A DNA stretch of 62,973 bases, counting the filler, from Aduncisulcus paluster (taxonomy: Eukaryota), in NCBI GenBank assembly GCA_024181965.1. It is 11 parts of 11 records of this genome, joined end to end, with 100 filler letters (N's around TTAATTAATTAA, not from the genome) between each part and the next. Parts side by side here need not be neighbours in the genome. Positions count along the whole stretch, not along the records: positions 5,301 to 16,820 come from BQXS01000121.1; positions 16,921 to 21,201 come from BQXS01000122.1; positions 21,302 to 24,421 come from BQXS01000123.1; 8 more parts are not named here. One strand, 5' to 3'. The notes beneath the pieces were generated by a model. That model did no database searches. It worked only from the letters and a program-made list of their open reading frames with translations, and was not told where the DNA came from. The translations under genes were made by a program, and so were the position numbers. This document shows positions 11,629-23,994 of this stretch, piece after piece (position 1 is the stretch's first letter; every line of letters starts with the position of its first letter).

Positions 11629-14600
11629 TCAAGGCTTCATATGATTCCTCTTTCCTGGGAATTGATTAGTGGGATTGAATAAAATATCAACAAACCCACC
11701 ACTAAGTTCGAATAGGTAATAAAATGAATATAATCCCTCAATCCTATCTTCATATTCAATAGAAATATTACATACATCAATATTCTGGATAAATGTTGGG
11801 GGGATGTCATGGGGTCCAATTGAAACATCATCCGAGGTTTGAATAGTTGGAATTCCTCGATGGAATTTGGAATGCTGAGATTCACAATAATGCAGTAATT
11901 TGTTGAAATTAAGATGAGGGAAACGAGGAGATGTTGTATCAGAACTCTGTTGAGCTAATCTTTTCAATTTTGTCTCAATATCAACGGGAATATTCAGAAT
12001 TTGATGAGTGTATTTGGGTTGAAGAAATGGTTTTAGAAAAATTGGATCTGGATTAAATGGAAACCCTGTCGCAGTGAGCTCATCAAGTTTGAAATCAATT
12101 GAAGCTGTGATTATAACCTTCGAAATTAACAACTTCTCGAATTCTGGAGGAACAAAATATTTCCATACATGTCCACGAAAGTTTTTCTGAACCAAGAAAT
12201 TAGTATCAACATATTTCTTTGGATTTTTTGGATTTTCTACAACCTTTCGATCATGAATATCCATATCCATATCAAGCGCTTTCTTAAAGACAAATTCAAT
12301 TTGAATGGTGTATGGAACAATCGACAAAGATGTTCGATCACCATGATCAATCAAAATATCTCCCTCAATTGAGGATGTGTGAAAGGGAATTGGGAATGAA
12401 TAAGTCTCATGGAATGGAGAATGTTCTTCAAAAATCCAATCACAAATAGGAATAAAATCAAGATAGTTGAACTGGGACCCCATGAGATTAAAAGGAGAAT
12501 CAGAATACATAATACGACTTCGAAATGAATCACGATCAGAATAATGAGTGATTTGTTCATTTCGTTGAGGAAAGAAGTGGGAAGTATAAACAAAACTTGT
12601 CAATAATATAGGACAAAATTGGAAGGACATAAATTGAGAGGGAAAATAAGACACCAAACGGGCCATTTTTGAGGCGTAAGACTTTCCAAAATGTTTAGAA
12701 TCTTCATATTTCTGACAAATTCGAAAATAGAGAAACTTGAAAGGTAGTTTGGAAGCAGCATATGAGATAATAAATTTTCGATATTCCAGTGTCAACATTG
12801 AATTATCGTCTATTATAATATCATCTGGCTTAGACTTGTTCAACACAGTCTCAATATGAAATAGTTGATGTGATGGATAACCTCTATATGTTTCAAGGGA
12901 AAAATGTATTCCCAACTGTCTATCTGGAGTTATAAGTGTGGAGGGAGTTTCCAAAGGTAACAATGATACGAAAGGTTTAAGTGACGCATTCAATCCAAAA
13001 GTATTTTCAAGTCCAAAAAATTTGATATTTTGGTAAACATCAGGAGTCACGTGTGTAACATCGAATAACGGGTTCATAAGCTTAATAACTTCTAATAAGA
13101 CAGAATTAAAGCATGTCTTATCACTAAATGCATTGGAAATAAAATAAGAGACTCGATCGGCACTGGGGGATAGTAGATGAGCAGTTCTAGGAAGGAAATG
13201 GAGCAAAATATCAACAAATTGATCATATTTGGGTGGGACAAGACTGTTAGGTGGGGAATATGCTTCAAAATATACTGATTTACGCTTAATCCAGCACGGA
13301 ATAAATCTTAATAGTGGCCAACAATCAAAATTGAATGAATTATACTTTTCTTCACACATCGAAAAACATTTGAAAGTAATTGTTTCCAAACTTTTCAGTC
13401 CCAAAAGAGATCGAGATTCAAGATGTTTTTCAAGAAGATTATCATGTATTTTTGATTGTTTAAAACCAGTGAAATCAGTGAAAAGGATAGGTGAAGTATC
13501 AACGATAAGCTTACATAGTCGGGGTAATACATGCGGAAGGGAAAGATCCTCAGTGTTTACAAAACATGGAACAATCGTGTGAGATATATTCAATTCTCTT
13601 AGATGGGAAAAATAAGACAACGCATTTAGAAATCTTTCTTCAATCTTTTTGGCAGAAGAAATGCAAGAATCGCCTTCCTCACTGAAGAGTGGTTGATCTG
13701 GATTGAATGTTATTTTCATATTGTTTTTCGATATGTCAAGTGATTTTATCTGAATGGAACTGAGAGCTTTGGCGCCGAATTCAAAGCTTTCTAATGTTAA
13801 TTGAGAATTACAAAAACAAAAATGGCGAATGGATGAGAAGAAAACCGGAATATCATAACAAAGCTTTTTCCAGTTCAATGCTGGTGATCTGAGAATTGAG
13901 AAAGATAGAATAGAAGAGGAATCATCTGTCTGAGCAGAGTGAGAAGAACTTACAAAAGCAGAATTAAACACCGAATAAGGAGAATTATCAATAGATCTTT
14001 GTGTTTTTCTCCTTATTTTATCCAGAAGATGAATCCCAATCCCAAGTGGAGGACCATCAATCGTGATTGAAGTTGCATTGGGAAATAATCCAAGAATTAT
14101 TTCAATATATTGGCATAGTATATCGGATGGATAAATAGAAACTTCTCTTACTGATAAATTTGAATGGCCCTTAACTTTTTTTTGTAATTCTTTTCGCGTT
14201 ATTGGGGAAAATATATTTCTATCCAAACCGGGAGATGGTGCTCCCAAATAAAGTCGTGTTAAATGAGGCATATTACAAATCATAATGAGAAATTCTGGCA
14301 ATTTATACATCAAATTATTGTATGAACAGAATTGGTTCNNNNNNNNNNNNNNNNNNNNTGATTGAAGTTGCATTGGGAAATAATCCAAGAATTATTTCAA
14401 TATATTGGCATAGTATATCGGATGGATAAATAGAAACTTCTCTTACTGATAAATTTGAATGGCCCTTAACTTTTTTTTGTAATTCTTTTCGCGTTATTGG
14501 GGAAAATATATTTCTATCCAAACCGGGAGATGGTGCTCCCAAATAAAGTCGTGTTAAATGAGGCATATTACAAATCATAATGAGAAATTCTGGCAATTTA

Positions 14601-15310
14601 TACATCAAATTATTGTATGAATGCAATTCAAGGTGGGATAATTTCGGACATGTGGTTAACAGATGAAAAATATCATAAATTTCATCCTTAAATGAATCAT
14701 CGTGAGCCATAAATGATATATTTGCATCGAATTGATCGAAAACAACGTGTTCAATAGTTCGGAGACTGTGATTTATCCATCGAGACAGTTCAGAACACCG
14801 ACCTGAAGAATAATGAAAATATATAGATTTGGCAGAGATAGAGAAGTCAAAAAGGATAGAATCTTCCCATAAATGAAGACAATCAAGTTTGTGGTGGACA
14901 ATTACATGTTTATCGGAGAAGGACAAAGTCGGAGAAGTGAGTGGAGGAGGAATGAGAGGAAATAAATGGAAATTCATGATGGGAAAATACTTAAAAATGC
15001 ATGATAATAGATCATTTGGCGAAAATTTAACGGGATCAAATCCTAATACAAGACATCTTGGGTTAATATGATATTGATCAGCTAAAGAAGCTATCAAACG
15101 ACAAAATAATGGGATAAATTCAAAGTCATGAAATATGAAAATTTCAATATCGAGGGCAGAAATTATAGATTGCCATTTTACGAACGTAAAGGGAACCGAA
15201 TACGTAGAGTGGGCATTTCGTATTATAATTGACCTATTGGATTTAATAATAACATCATTGAACTGTTTTATATCAATATATATTTGGTAAAGCTTTTCCA
15301 GCTTTTCCAT
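11629..15310 (-). CDS. Large divergent protein with LRR-like segments; one gene split by a gap artefact
   Basis: ORFs 14315-15310 and 11629-14388 overlap through the duplicated flank of gap 14339-14358. LxxLxL motifs: LSHLELH, LTRLYLG, IKSLDISKN, LRELNISHT. Confidence 0.65.
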
Positions 15311-15427
15311 TCAGGAACAAACACAAAAGGTCAAATTGGCCAGGCTAGTACAAATTTATTTGTTTATTATTATAAAAAATAGGTCTTTTAGAAAAGGAAA
15401 ATATTTTTCTGATAAAATTTACATGTT

Positions 15428-16820
15428 TTATTCCCATTTTAACTCCAATTTTGTTGTTTTCAAGCTCTTAACAGTTCTGAACCCTTTCCCAACCTCTTGT
15501 AAAGTCTTTGAAACAATGGATCCTGATCTAATTCCTTTCTCCTTATCTTCATCCTCTCCAGCTAATATGAGTTTCCTTTCCAGTTCTTCCCCATGAATTA
15601 TGTTAACATAAAATGGACGTTTGTATGTAATCGACGATGCCGAGCTGAAAGACGACAAGGAAGATGTGCTGACTGTGACAAGACAACTCTTTCCAGGTCC
15701 AAGAACGCCGGAAGAAGGTTCGATTGATGTGTTGAAAGTAAATGAAGAATTTGATGAGGTTGGCTCAATGATAAAGAATCCTGCAGAAGTTCCTCTATTC
15801 TTCAGAGGGATCTCCCATGCCCATCTCTCTTTCCCTTTATCCTGATCAGATGAATAGATACTTGAATAAGGAGATGATGATGATGAATGTAATGGTGGAG
15901 AGTGGAAATCTGGATACTCCCGTGAATGACGAGCATGGACAGGTGGACGTAAAGATACTCTCCCAATTCCAAACAGGACTCTTCCACATATTCCAACCAA
16001 GGGAACCTCATACCTCTTACTTCTCCTGTCCAACATGGAACTAACATCAATCACACATACAAGAACATATCTTATTCTCTTGGAACGGTTGGAAGGAGAG
16101 CTCAATCGTGTGTTCACGGCCTTGCTTGATCGTGAAGGAGGAAGGAGGGCATGCAGAGAAGAAAGAAGTCGACGAGAACATCGAACGAAGCTCGTCACGT
16201 TCACGAAATGATACAACAGATGATTTCTTCGTGGAGGCTTTTGAATGGTCGTCAATTTCATTTAATATATATAGGGAGGAGAATGCAGGGGAATGTTGAG
16301 ATCCAGAAGATGGATCAACATAGCCGGATGGAGATTCATCGACGAGGCGCATTAGGTTTGAGAAAGATCTATTTATAGTGCTCACTCTAACGCACACATC
16401 TGTGCAAGCTTTAAGAGAGAGATGAAGAGTGGATGATGAAAAGGCTGGTGTCGCTGGGAAGAAAAGAGATGACGAGGATAGAAGTATGAACGATGAGGGA
16501 GAAGTGGGAGATTGAATTGAGGATATAGGAAGAGGAGAGATAGAAGCAAGTGACTTATACAATAATTTAGGTGTTTCTTGATCACTAAATTCACCTTCAA
16601 GACCTTCCTCATGTGAAACACGAATATGCTTGGAAGAGACTCTTGTTCCACTTGCTCCTGTATAACGAGAATGGGATTTTGAAGAGGTTTTGGCAAGTCT
16701 TGCTTCAATGATTCTTCTTGTTTCTTCCTGAATTCTTCTCGTTTCCTCTTCCCGCTTCCTCCTTTCTTCCAAAAGTCTCCTTTCCTCATTCCTTTGTTTC
16801 TCTCGTTTCTTTCTTTCTTC
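15428..16820 (-). CDS. C-terminal part of an ASH/PapD-like Ig-domain (Hydin/CFAP-type) protein, with a frameshift near 16075
   Basis: FTIKQGREHTIELSFQP in one frame continues as RIRYVLVCVIDV...EIPLKNRG...IEPSSGVLGPGKSCLVTV in another; these are ASH/MSP-like motifs. Confidence 0.55.
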
Positions 16821-16922
16821 NNNNNNNNNNNNNNNNNNNNNNNNNNNNNNNNNNNNNNNNNNNNTTAATTAATTAANNNNNNNNNNNNNNNNNNNNNNNN
16901 NNNNNNNNNNNNNNNNNNNNAG

Positions 16923-19900
16923 AAGAAACGAGATCACGAACAAAAGGGATGGAAAGGGGAATGGACGGAGAAGATTGAAGCCACTGGTGAAGAAGAAGAA
17001 GAAGAAGAGGAGGAGGAAGGGGAAGATATTGAAAATGCTGAGGAAGAGGAAGAGGAAGAGGAAGAGGAAGAAGAAGAAGGAGAAGAAGAGGAAGGAAATC
17101 TTGGTATGTTTGCAAAATATTTGCGTAAACATCCTAAATATGGTCAAGAAAAGTTATCTTCCAAGATCAAGAAGGTCAAGTTCTCAGTTCCATCGATTAT
17201 GCACGGTATTATGAATGAACATCAACTTTCAACAATGACTCCTGCAGAAATGGAAGAAATGAGATTAAAAATACAAAAGAAAAAGCGGATTAAACTCAAC
17301 AAAGATCACCAGATATTCGATAGAAATGGTCGCCAGCTCGGAGTAGGTTGTATTGTTATTCTCTTCAACGGTCAGGTCGTCATTGTTCGCGATGAGCTTG
17401 CTGCTCAACGAGTCGTGTCTCTCCCCCCCTTGTATCTATCTCCTTATCTTCCCCTTTCCCAGCCCGATGTGTTCCCAGAGTCCATTCATTTGGCCCATTC
17501 ATCTCCCTTGTTCTCCTTTGTTCCTGCTCCATTCAACGAATACGAGAGAGGAAAGCTCAGAGTTCCAGTATTGTTCACAAGGAATGGAATGAATCATGCA
17601 GAAACTTCTTCCCGAATCGCTCGTGTGCGTGAAAAATTGGTACAAGAGAGAGAAGAGAGTGAGATTGTGACCGCACGTGCTCCAATGGAAGATCTCAGAA
17701 GAATAGATCGGGAATCTGGTCCAGACAATCAATTGGTTGAGGAAAACAAACATAAGAAGAGTACCCACGATACTTGTTTTGGGTTCTATCAAAACATTGA
17801 GAGTATTTTGTCTGTGACTCCTCGAATTGCTGTTATTGGTGAATCGAGGACTGGTAAGACGACTGTTAGTAAGTATCTTGCCAGATATGGTGTTGACAAT
17901 TCTCTTGTTCCGCCTCGATATGTCTGTTGTGGAATGTTGATACAAGAAGGTATTGCAATGCTCCGTGAAGAGGATCCAAAAGGTTCTCTTCTCAAAGAAG
18001 TCTATGGCTATTTGTTATCATCTTCGCCTCTTCCTTTCTCTTTGGTTGCCCGTTTATGTGCTCTTGCTCTGAACACGTGTGAATACATTGTTTGTGGGTG
18101 GGTATTTGATGGTAATCCTATCTCCCTCGAGCAACGTATTGAGCTTCGCAAGTACGGCATTGATGCGTCAGTGTTCGTTCTGTTGGAACGTCAAGATGCT
18201 TTGGCATGTGATTATGATAAATTGCCTTTATCTCTGGATGATATGAAGAAGAAAGATATTCAGTTTGTTGAGAAAAAACGAGTACCGATCATGCGTTTGA
18301 TTAACGTTGCTGATTACGAGAGTTACCAGGAATATAAGGAAGCTCTCGATGCTCTGAAGGAAGAAGATGAAGCCAAGGCCGAGGAAGAGGAAGAGGAAAA
18401 GGAAGAAGAAGAAGAGGAAGAAGAAGAGGAAGCGGAAGAGGAAGCGGAAGAGGAAGAGGAAGAAGAGGAGGAAGTCGATGGTGATGCCGCCGAAGAGGAA
18501 GAAGAGAAAGAAGAAGTAGATGAGGAGGAATTGAAAGCCAAACGCGCAAAAGCTGAGAAGAAAGAAGCTGCGCGTAAACTTCGTTCCCGTCTCGAGTTCA
18601 AGATGTTTTCCTTTAATAGGACTGTTAATGAAGATGTGGAAACCTTAAATGCTGAGAATAAGTCTTTGATTGTGGATTTGACTACCGATATGCTTAAGAC
18701 TCGTCGTGTGTGTGTCATTGATAATCAGGTGCATTCGAGTGCAAAGAAACCAGAGCCCAAGATTAGAGCTATTCAAGAAGTCACAGATTTCTTTGTCAAT
18801 TCTACCCGTCGTGTCACTCTTGAGTTATTCAACATGCCCATTCCCCTTGTTCTGTGTGAGTTAACCGATGAAGAAAAAATTGCTTCAATGTCCCCCATGG
18901 ATGTGTGTCCTGTTACCGCAAGTGGAAATTGGAGCCAAGAAAGAAACCATGTGTGCAATGATGTGATTACATGGACAGTCAATGACGATACAAAACACGT
19001 TGTGGATCCATATTATGCCTTTGATTTCTCTCAAGGGCCTCGTGATGAAGAAGAACTTGACAGGAAGACGGCATCTCTCGTGAGAACGTGGGAAGACGGT
19101 GCCCCAATCAGTTCTCGGCTTACGTATGTCTACAATGATCATGTTTACTCTCTATCTCACCCGGATTGTGTCAGACCTTTCGTCCTTTTCCCTGAAATGT
19201 TCGTGAACTGTAAGGCCATGACTCTTCCGTGTTCCATCGAAGACTCTGAAATTGAGGACATTGTGAAAAAGGCTGAACAAGCTAAGGATACAGCAAAAGC
19301 CATGGAAATGAAGAAAGAAAAGGCCATTGTTGCTGGAAATAGAGCGTATCGTGGCGTTATAGAGTCTTCTTTTGAGTATAAACAGTTTTGTCCTATATGT
19401 TTGAGTCTTGCTTCTGGTCTGAATGTTAATGAAGGCTGCTCTGAACTCTTAGAAAGAATGTCCAATGAAGAAATGAAGCAACTAATGGAATCTAAATCAA
19501 AATCAAGGAAACCCATTCCCTCTTATGTTAACCCATACTCTTCAGAGAACCCGAATGGCGAGAGTCCAACTGTTCCACATGCTTATTTCGGTTATGGTGT
19601 CGCCACTGATCCTAGGAATCGGCATATTCCTGATTTTTGTGATGAAATTGATATTAAAAAACTCAATCGTGGAAACATGACTCTTTCTTTGAAATATTCA
19701 CCCAGTATTGATGGTGAGAAGAAGAAATATTCATTCTGTTGCATTGATCATATGAGAAAGTTCTATTTTAAGCCATATCTTTATGTTCATGAGTTTAATC
19801 AGCGGTTGAGGCTTCCTCGGCGTCTGCCAACCCCTGAATTAACACCAGAAGAACTGAAATCCTTGACAATTCGGGACTTTTGTGATCATATCTTCGGTGG

Positions 19901-20267
19901 TATCATAACAGATGCTTGTCTGGAAGTCGCTTATTATCGTCCTAAATTGCCTGGAATGGACTATAAACAAAGCTCTCTCTTTTTACTCGGTGCTTTCTTG
20001 AGAAGAAGGGGAAATGGACTTCAAGCCAGACCTTCAAGGTTCCAACGTGTTGTTATTAGGGAATATGATGCTCTTTCTCATGCTTTATCTGTAAAAAGAG
20101 ATTCCTTCAAAGGAAAAGAGGTTTCGGACGTTGCAAAGTTAGATGATATTCTTTCTCAAGCTCTCCAAAGGTTAAAGAATCCCGATTCACTTTTCCCACA
20201 TGATGGAGAGGTTGCCGATACCTTTGGAAGGCCCGAATGGCTCGATAATCTCTTGCCAAAGAAATAA
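16923..20267 (+). CDS. AK9: Adenylate kinase 9-like flagellar protein, 5'-partial
   Basis: P-loop IAVIGESRTGKTT, GWVFDGNP, YHS-like CPVT / YSLSH / FCPICL / YSFCC..MRKFY.KP segments, and an AK9-type C-terminus RPKLPGMDYKQSSLFLLGAFLRR. Confidence 0.75.
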   Translation, partial: KKRDHEQKGWKGEWTEKIEATGEEEEEEEEEEGEDIENAEEEEEEEEEEEEEGEEEEGNLGMFAKYLRKHPKYGQEKLSSKIKKVKFSVPSIMHGIMNEHQLSTMTPAEMEEMRLKIQKKKRIKLNKDHQIFDRNGRQLGVGCIVILFNGQVVIVRDELAAQRVVSLPPLYLSPYLPLSQPDVFPESIHLAHSSPLFSFVPAPFNEYERGKLRVPVLFTRNGMNHAETSSRIARVREKLVQEREESEIVTARAPMEDLRRIDRESGPDNQLVEENKHKKSTHDTCFGFYQNIESILSVTPRIAVIGESRTGKTTVSKYLARYGVDNSLVPPRYVCCGMLIQEGIAMLREEDPKGSLLKEVYGYLLSSSPLPFSLVARLCALALNTCEYIVCGWVFDGNPISLEQRIELRKYGIDASVFVLLERQDALACDYDKLPLSLDDMKKKDIQFVEKKRVPIMRLINVADYESYQEYKEALDALKEEDEAKAEEEEEEKEEEEEEEEEEAEEEAEEEEEEEEEVDGDAAEEEEEKEEVDEEELKAKRAKAEKKEAARKLRSRLEFKMFSFNRTVNEDVETLNAENKSLIVDLTTDMLKTRRVCVIDNQVHSSAKKPEPKIRAIQEVTDFFVNSTRRVTLELFNMPIPLVLCELTDEEKIASMSPMDVCPVTASGNWSQERNHVCNDVITWTVNDDTKHVVDPYYAFDFSQGPRDEEELDRKTASLVRTWEDGAPISSRLTYVYNDHVYSLSHPDCVRPFVLFPEMFVNCKAMTLPCSIEDSEIEDIVKKAEQAKDTAKAMEMKKEKAIVAGNRAYRGVIESSFEYKQFCPICLSLASGLNVNEGCSELLERMSNEEMKQLMESKSKSRKPIPSYVNPYSSENPNGESPTVPHAYFGYGVATDPRNRHIPDFCDEIDIKKLNRGNMTLSLKYSPSIDGEKKKYSFCCIDHMRKFYFKPYLYVHEFNQRLRLPRRLPTPELTPEELKSLTIRDFCDHIFGGIITDACLEVAYYRPKLPGMDYKQSSLFLLGAFLRRRGNGLQARPSRFQRVVIREYDALSHALSVKRDSFKGKEVSDVAKLDDILSQALQRLKNPDSLFPHDGEVADTFGRPEWLDNLLPKK

Positions 20268-20553
20268 GAATTTATTTTAAAATAAATTTCAATTATAACA
20301 ATTTATAATGATGTTAATGCCTCATTTCATATGCTAATTTGGCAAATGTTTGCACTTTGATCGAGCAAGAAATTCACTGCTGCTCGACAAGCAATGAAAG
20401 CATGAATAATAAGAATAAAGGCATAAAAGAAAGTAAAATTTCATGTATTTTTAATATTGTATTGAAATTTGAACGGCGCGGTGTGATTTTAGCCATATTT
20501 CCATGATTTATTTTTTTTTTATCATTTTTTTCTGCTAGTGGTCGTTTTCGAAA

Positions 20554-21201
20554 ATGGAAGAATTATTAAAGGAATTACATGAATCCGATATCGAAAAAGT
20601 TTTGCATATTACCATTCGTTTAAAAAATTATATTATTACTCAATGGGATAGCGTGTCTGATCATGATCGCCGTCTGTTCCGAAATAATATCCTACCGATT
20701 TTATTTAAATATGGAAGGGAAAAAAAATTAAGATCATTGTTGGAAGAAATTATTGGATTTGTCAGTGACTGTGATTTCCCCGATAATTGGCCAGATCTCA
20801 TTGACAATCTTGGGAAAAAATGTGAATCTGCGATTTCATTGAGTACCCCTGAAGAGTGTGAGATAGTATTTATTGCTGTTGAAACTGTTGAATCTATCAC
20901 TGCCTCATACTGCCAAAGAGAAGAAAGTGTTCAAATAGTGATGCAAATTAAGCCCGTTGTGTCAGAATTTGCCCCTAAATTATTGTATTTGCTCAAAAAA
21001 CTTCTTGATCCGCGGACATCAATTGATCCAACCCTCTCTCTCTCTATTCTCAAGTCTATCGTCAACATCTCAAAATCTATTTTTTTCCATGATATTCCGC
21101 ACGAATATTTAGAGAATCTTGATATGTTTTTCAAGTATTTAATCTTTATTATCAATGAGATTCCCCTTCCAGATGTGGAATCATCTCCCAAACATCGTCC
21201 T
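20554..21201 (+). CDS. CSE1: Exportin-2/CSE1-like importin-beta family protein, 3'-truncated
   Basis: IRLKNYI..QW (IBN_N domain), DFPDNWPDLID, IFFHDIPHEYLENL. Confidence 0.75.
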
Positions 21202-21302
21202 NNNNNNNNNNNNNNNNNNNNNNNNNNNNNNNNNNNNNNNNNNNNTTAATTAATTAANNNNNNNNNNNNNNNNNNNNNNNNNNNNNNNNNNNNNNNNNNN
21301 NG

Positions 21303-21683
21303 GTTAAGATCAGCACTCATATGTTTAATTCTGTATCAGGGCAGAAGAGCGAGGCCCAATATATTATTCCAAATGGAAAGGAAGAAGAAGACATCTCGTT
21401 TTCCTTCTGCGGGACTTCTGTGACCGATTGTGACCATGGCCAATGCTACCTTCGTGGATGTACTGAGAAGGGAGCAGACATTGTGTTGAAAACGACAACT
21501 GGTGAAAAATTTAGAATTGAAGTGAAGATATTACAAGGAATAAGTCATAGTTATGTGTGTGAAGATTGTGATTTGTTTATTTGCTATTCTACACCTGAAG
21601 AGATTGCAAAGGAAATCAAGAAAAAAACAAAACACAAATATTACTGTTTATATATTCCTTTCCCAAGGGGTTCATTCCATTAG
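21303..21683 (+). CDS. C-terminal fragment with a PD-(D/E)xK nuclease-like motif
   Basis: GADIVLKTTTGEKFRIEVK fits D-x(n)-E-x-K; the frame is open from the scaffold start. Confidence 0.4.
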   Translation, partial: VKISTHMFNSVSGQKSEAQYIIPNGKEEEDISFSFCGTSVTDCDHGQCYLRGCTEKGADIVLKTTTGEKFRIEVKILQGISHSYVCEDCDLFICYSTPEEIAKEIKKKTKHKYYCLYIPFPRGSFH

Positions 21684-22316
21684 GAAGTTATGCTGTAACT
21701 TGTCGATACCAGCCCGAAAGAACATCTATAAAAGTTAGTTAGCTTAATTCACGAGTAATAAAACGTCTTAATCTATTAATGCGATTAGTTTTTGATTACT
21801 ATTTTCACTCCTTGATCCACTGGATGGATTGGGTAGTCCGTAGTTCCTTTTTTTCGTCTCTGATTCTGGGCCAGATCGCAACCCAATCGCATAATTCCCA
21901 ATAAGCAGAAAATAATTAATTCCAGGACTTTTCTTGTTGACAATATTTTTATTATGCGACTCTCAAGTCACCGCTCAAGTCCAATAAACTTAACCATTTT
22001 CGTCACGTGTCTTTAAATCTATTCTAAATTTTCTACAAATATTTACTAAATAGAACGTATATATTTTCCATATAGCTATTATTGTCGCGACAGTAACGAC
22101 CAATCTTCAATAACTCGCCGACTCGTCAATTCAGAGTTGATTTGAAGACATACGGTTTATTGTCAAGACCCAACTAACTCGCCATCAAATTAAATTGACG
22201 ACAGAAGTCAAATTCTTATATTATTTGCATTTATATGGCATTGTCACAATGGCACCACGGTGGTGATCTCCGGAACACAACATATGGTTAGCCCAGTATT
22301 TCTTTGATTTTTTTGA

Positions 22317-23736
22317 GAAGTTCAAATTCACTCATGCTTTGATCCCGTTTTTGATGATTCTGAGGTTTCTGATGTTATTTCCTCCAAGTCCTTCTCGACT
22401 GATGGAATCACACGTCCTGTGATGTGTGTTCCGCTCTATTCGACTATCTTGTTTGATGTTAGCAGTGGTGTTTATCCAATGTATGCCAGTACGAGTCTAT
22501 TGAATGATAATCCTTCGTATGATACCGGATATCTCGAAGATATTGAGAGTGCCATGCTCAATCAGCTTAGTACCACTCTTGTTGGTGTTACCTTCAATCA
22601 GAGCGGACATTATGTATTTTCCACATCCGTTGATACATACAAACAGATGTTTTTACTTGTGTCCGAATATGGTGAAGGTTGTCCATCGAATTATATTTCC
22701 TCGACCAATTCTGATAGTTTGGTTACTTTCAACTTTCCTCAGGTTATTGACTCAACCCTTTTACTCACTCCCAATTGGACTCTGATCATTGTGTGTACAT
22801 TGGTTGCCCTCTTGATTGTTATTCTCCTCATTGGAGGATTCTACCTTTTCTCAAGGGTATTGTGGGGTGATCCGATCTTTAACGAACCTTCTTACCGGTT
22901 GAATACCAAGTTCCAAGATTATGATGACTTTGCCTCGAAGGGTTCGAATGTTCGTGTTGTGAAGAGAACAAGAAACACTGGTATCGTCGATCGGAAGACG
23001 ATGGAATCTTGCAGTAAGGCTACCAAGAAGAGGGATCCCGAGGATGAAAAGGTTATCCTCGAGATATCAAAGGCAGAACGTGATAGGATGGGTAGAAACA
23101 ATGAAAGTAATTTATTGCCTGATTTGAATAAGAAAAAGAAGAAGAGAGGTCGTAAGAATGCCACGGNNNNNNNNNNNNNNNNNNNNTTCTTACCGGTTGA
23201 ATACCAAGTTCCAAGATTATGATGACTTTGCCTCGAAGGGTTCGAATGTTCGTGTTGTGAAGAGAACAAGAAACACTGGTATCGTCGATCGGAAGACGAT
23301 GGAATCTTGCAGTAAGGCTACCAAGAAGAGGGATCCCGAGGATGAAAAGGTTATCCTCGAGATATCAAAGGCAGAACGTGATAGGATGGGTAGAAACAAT
23401 GAAAGTAATTTATTGCCTGATTTGAATAAGAAAAAGAAGAAGAGAGGTCGTAAGAATGCCACGGATGATCCTGAAAACGAAGCTTCTGAGCAGTTTGAGG
23501 ATCTTGGGTCTTTGAAGAAAGGCGGAGAAACTGAGGGTTCGGAAGATGTCCATAATCCCATGGCTGAACCTAAGGAAGGTGAAGAATTCCCAATCCCAAT
23601 CGAGGGACAGCCCTCAGACCAACCACATCAAGATGCTGAGCATTCCCTTGGTGATCCATCTGCTTCTCACTCGAGAGGTGAAGAAGGTGAAGAAGGTGAA
23701 TGTGGTAGTCTAATACACCACCAGAGTGTTATTTGA
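22317..23736 (+). CDS. Fragment of a single-pass membrane protein; lacks a clear start and ends in an LTR-like insert
   Basis: YPMYASTSLLNDNPSYDTG...VTFNQSGHYVFS, a TM helix WTLIIVCTLVALLIVILLIGGFYLF and a charged tail. Duplicated around gap 23167-23186; in-frame stop at 22314. Confidence 0.55.
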
Positions 23737-23854
23737 TGATTTGGTATTAATATTTATGTTAGTTTTATTGTTAGGAGCTAACAGTTGTATTAGGTGACAA
23801 GACATGTCATTATGTCTTGTCAGTTGTTGAATGTTATAAATAAATTGGCCCACA
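23701..23854 (+). mobile_element. Candidate short LTR (154 bp)
   Basis: TGTGG...CCACA terminal inverted repeat, internal 11-bp hairpin TGACAAGACAT/ATGTCTTGTCA, and AATAAATTG near the 3' end. No target-site duplication seen. Confidence 0.45.
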
Positions 23855-23894
23855 GGAAGAAAATTATTATATTTTATTAAAGGGAATTTAAGAA

Positions 23895-23994
23895 TGTCGA
23901 ACCACAGGGGGTTCTGGTGTATTGGTGATACAATTTATTATAGAACGGGCGGTTGCCGGCTCGGACCGGTAAGAGGACACAACACTTCCCCCCC
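23895..23994 (-). mobile_element. 3' LTR (23984-23895, 90 bp) with polypurine tract (23994-23985)
   Basis: Minus strand reads GGGGGGGAAG|TGTTGTG...TAATAAATTGT...TTCGACA; it shares CCGCCCG..TAATAAATTGT with the LTR at 45091-44968. Confidence 0.7.

Noticed and set aside
20357-20390. SECIS-like hairpin (TGA...AAA...GA) downstream of AK9
   Set aside because: The stem is too short, the GA quartet is out of register, and no in-frame TGA is seen in the visible upstream CDS.
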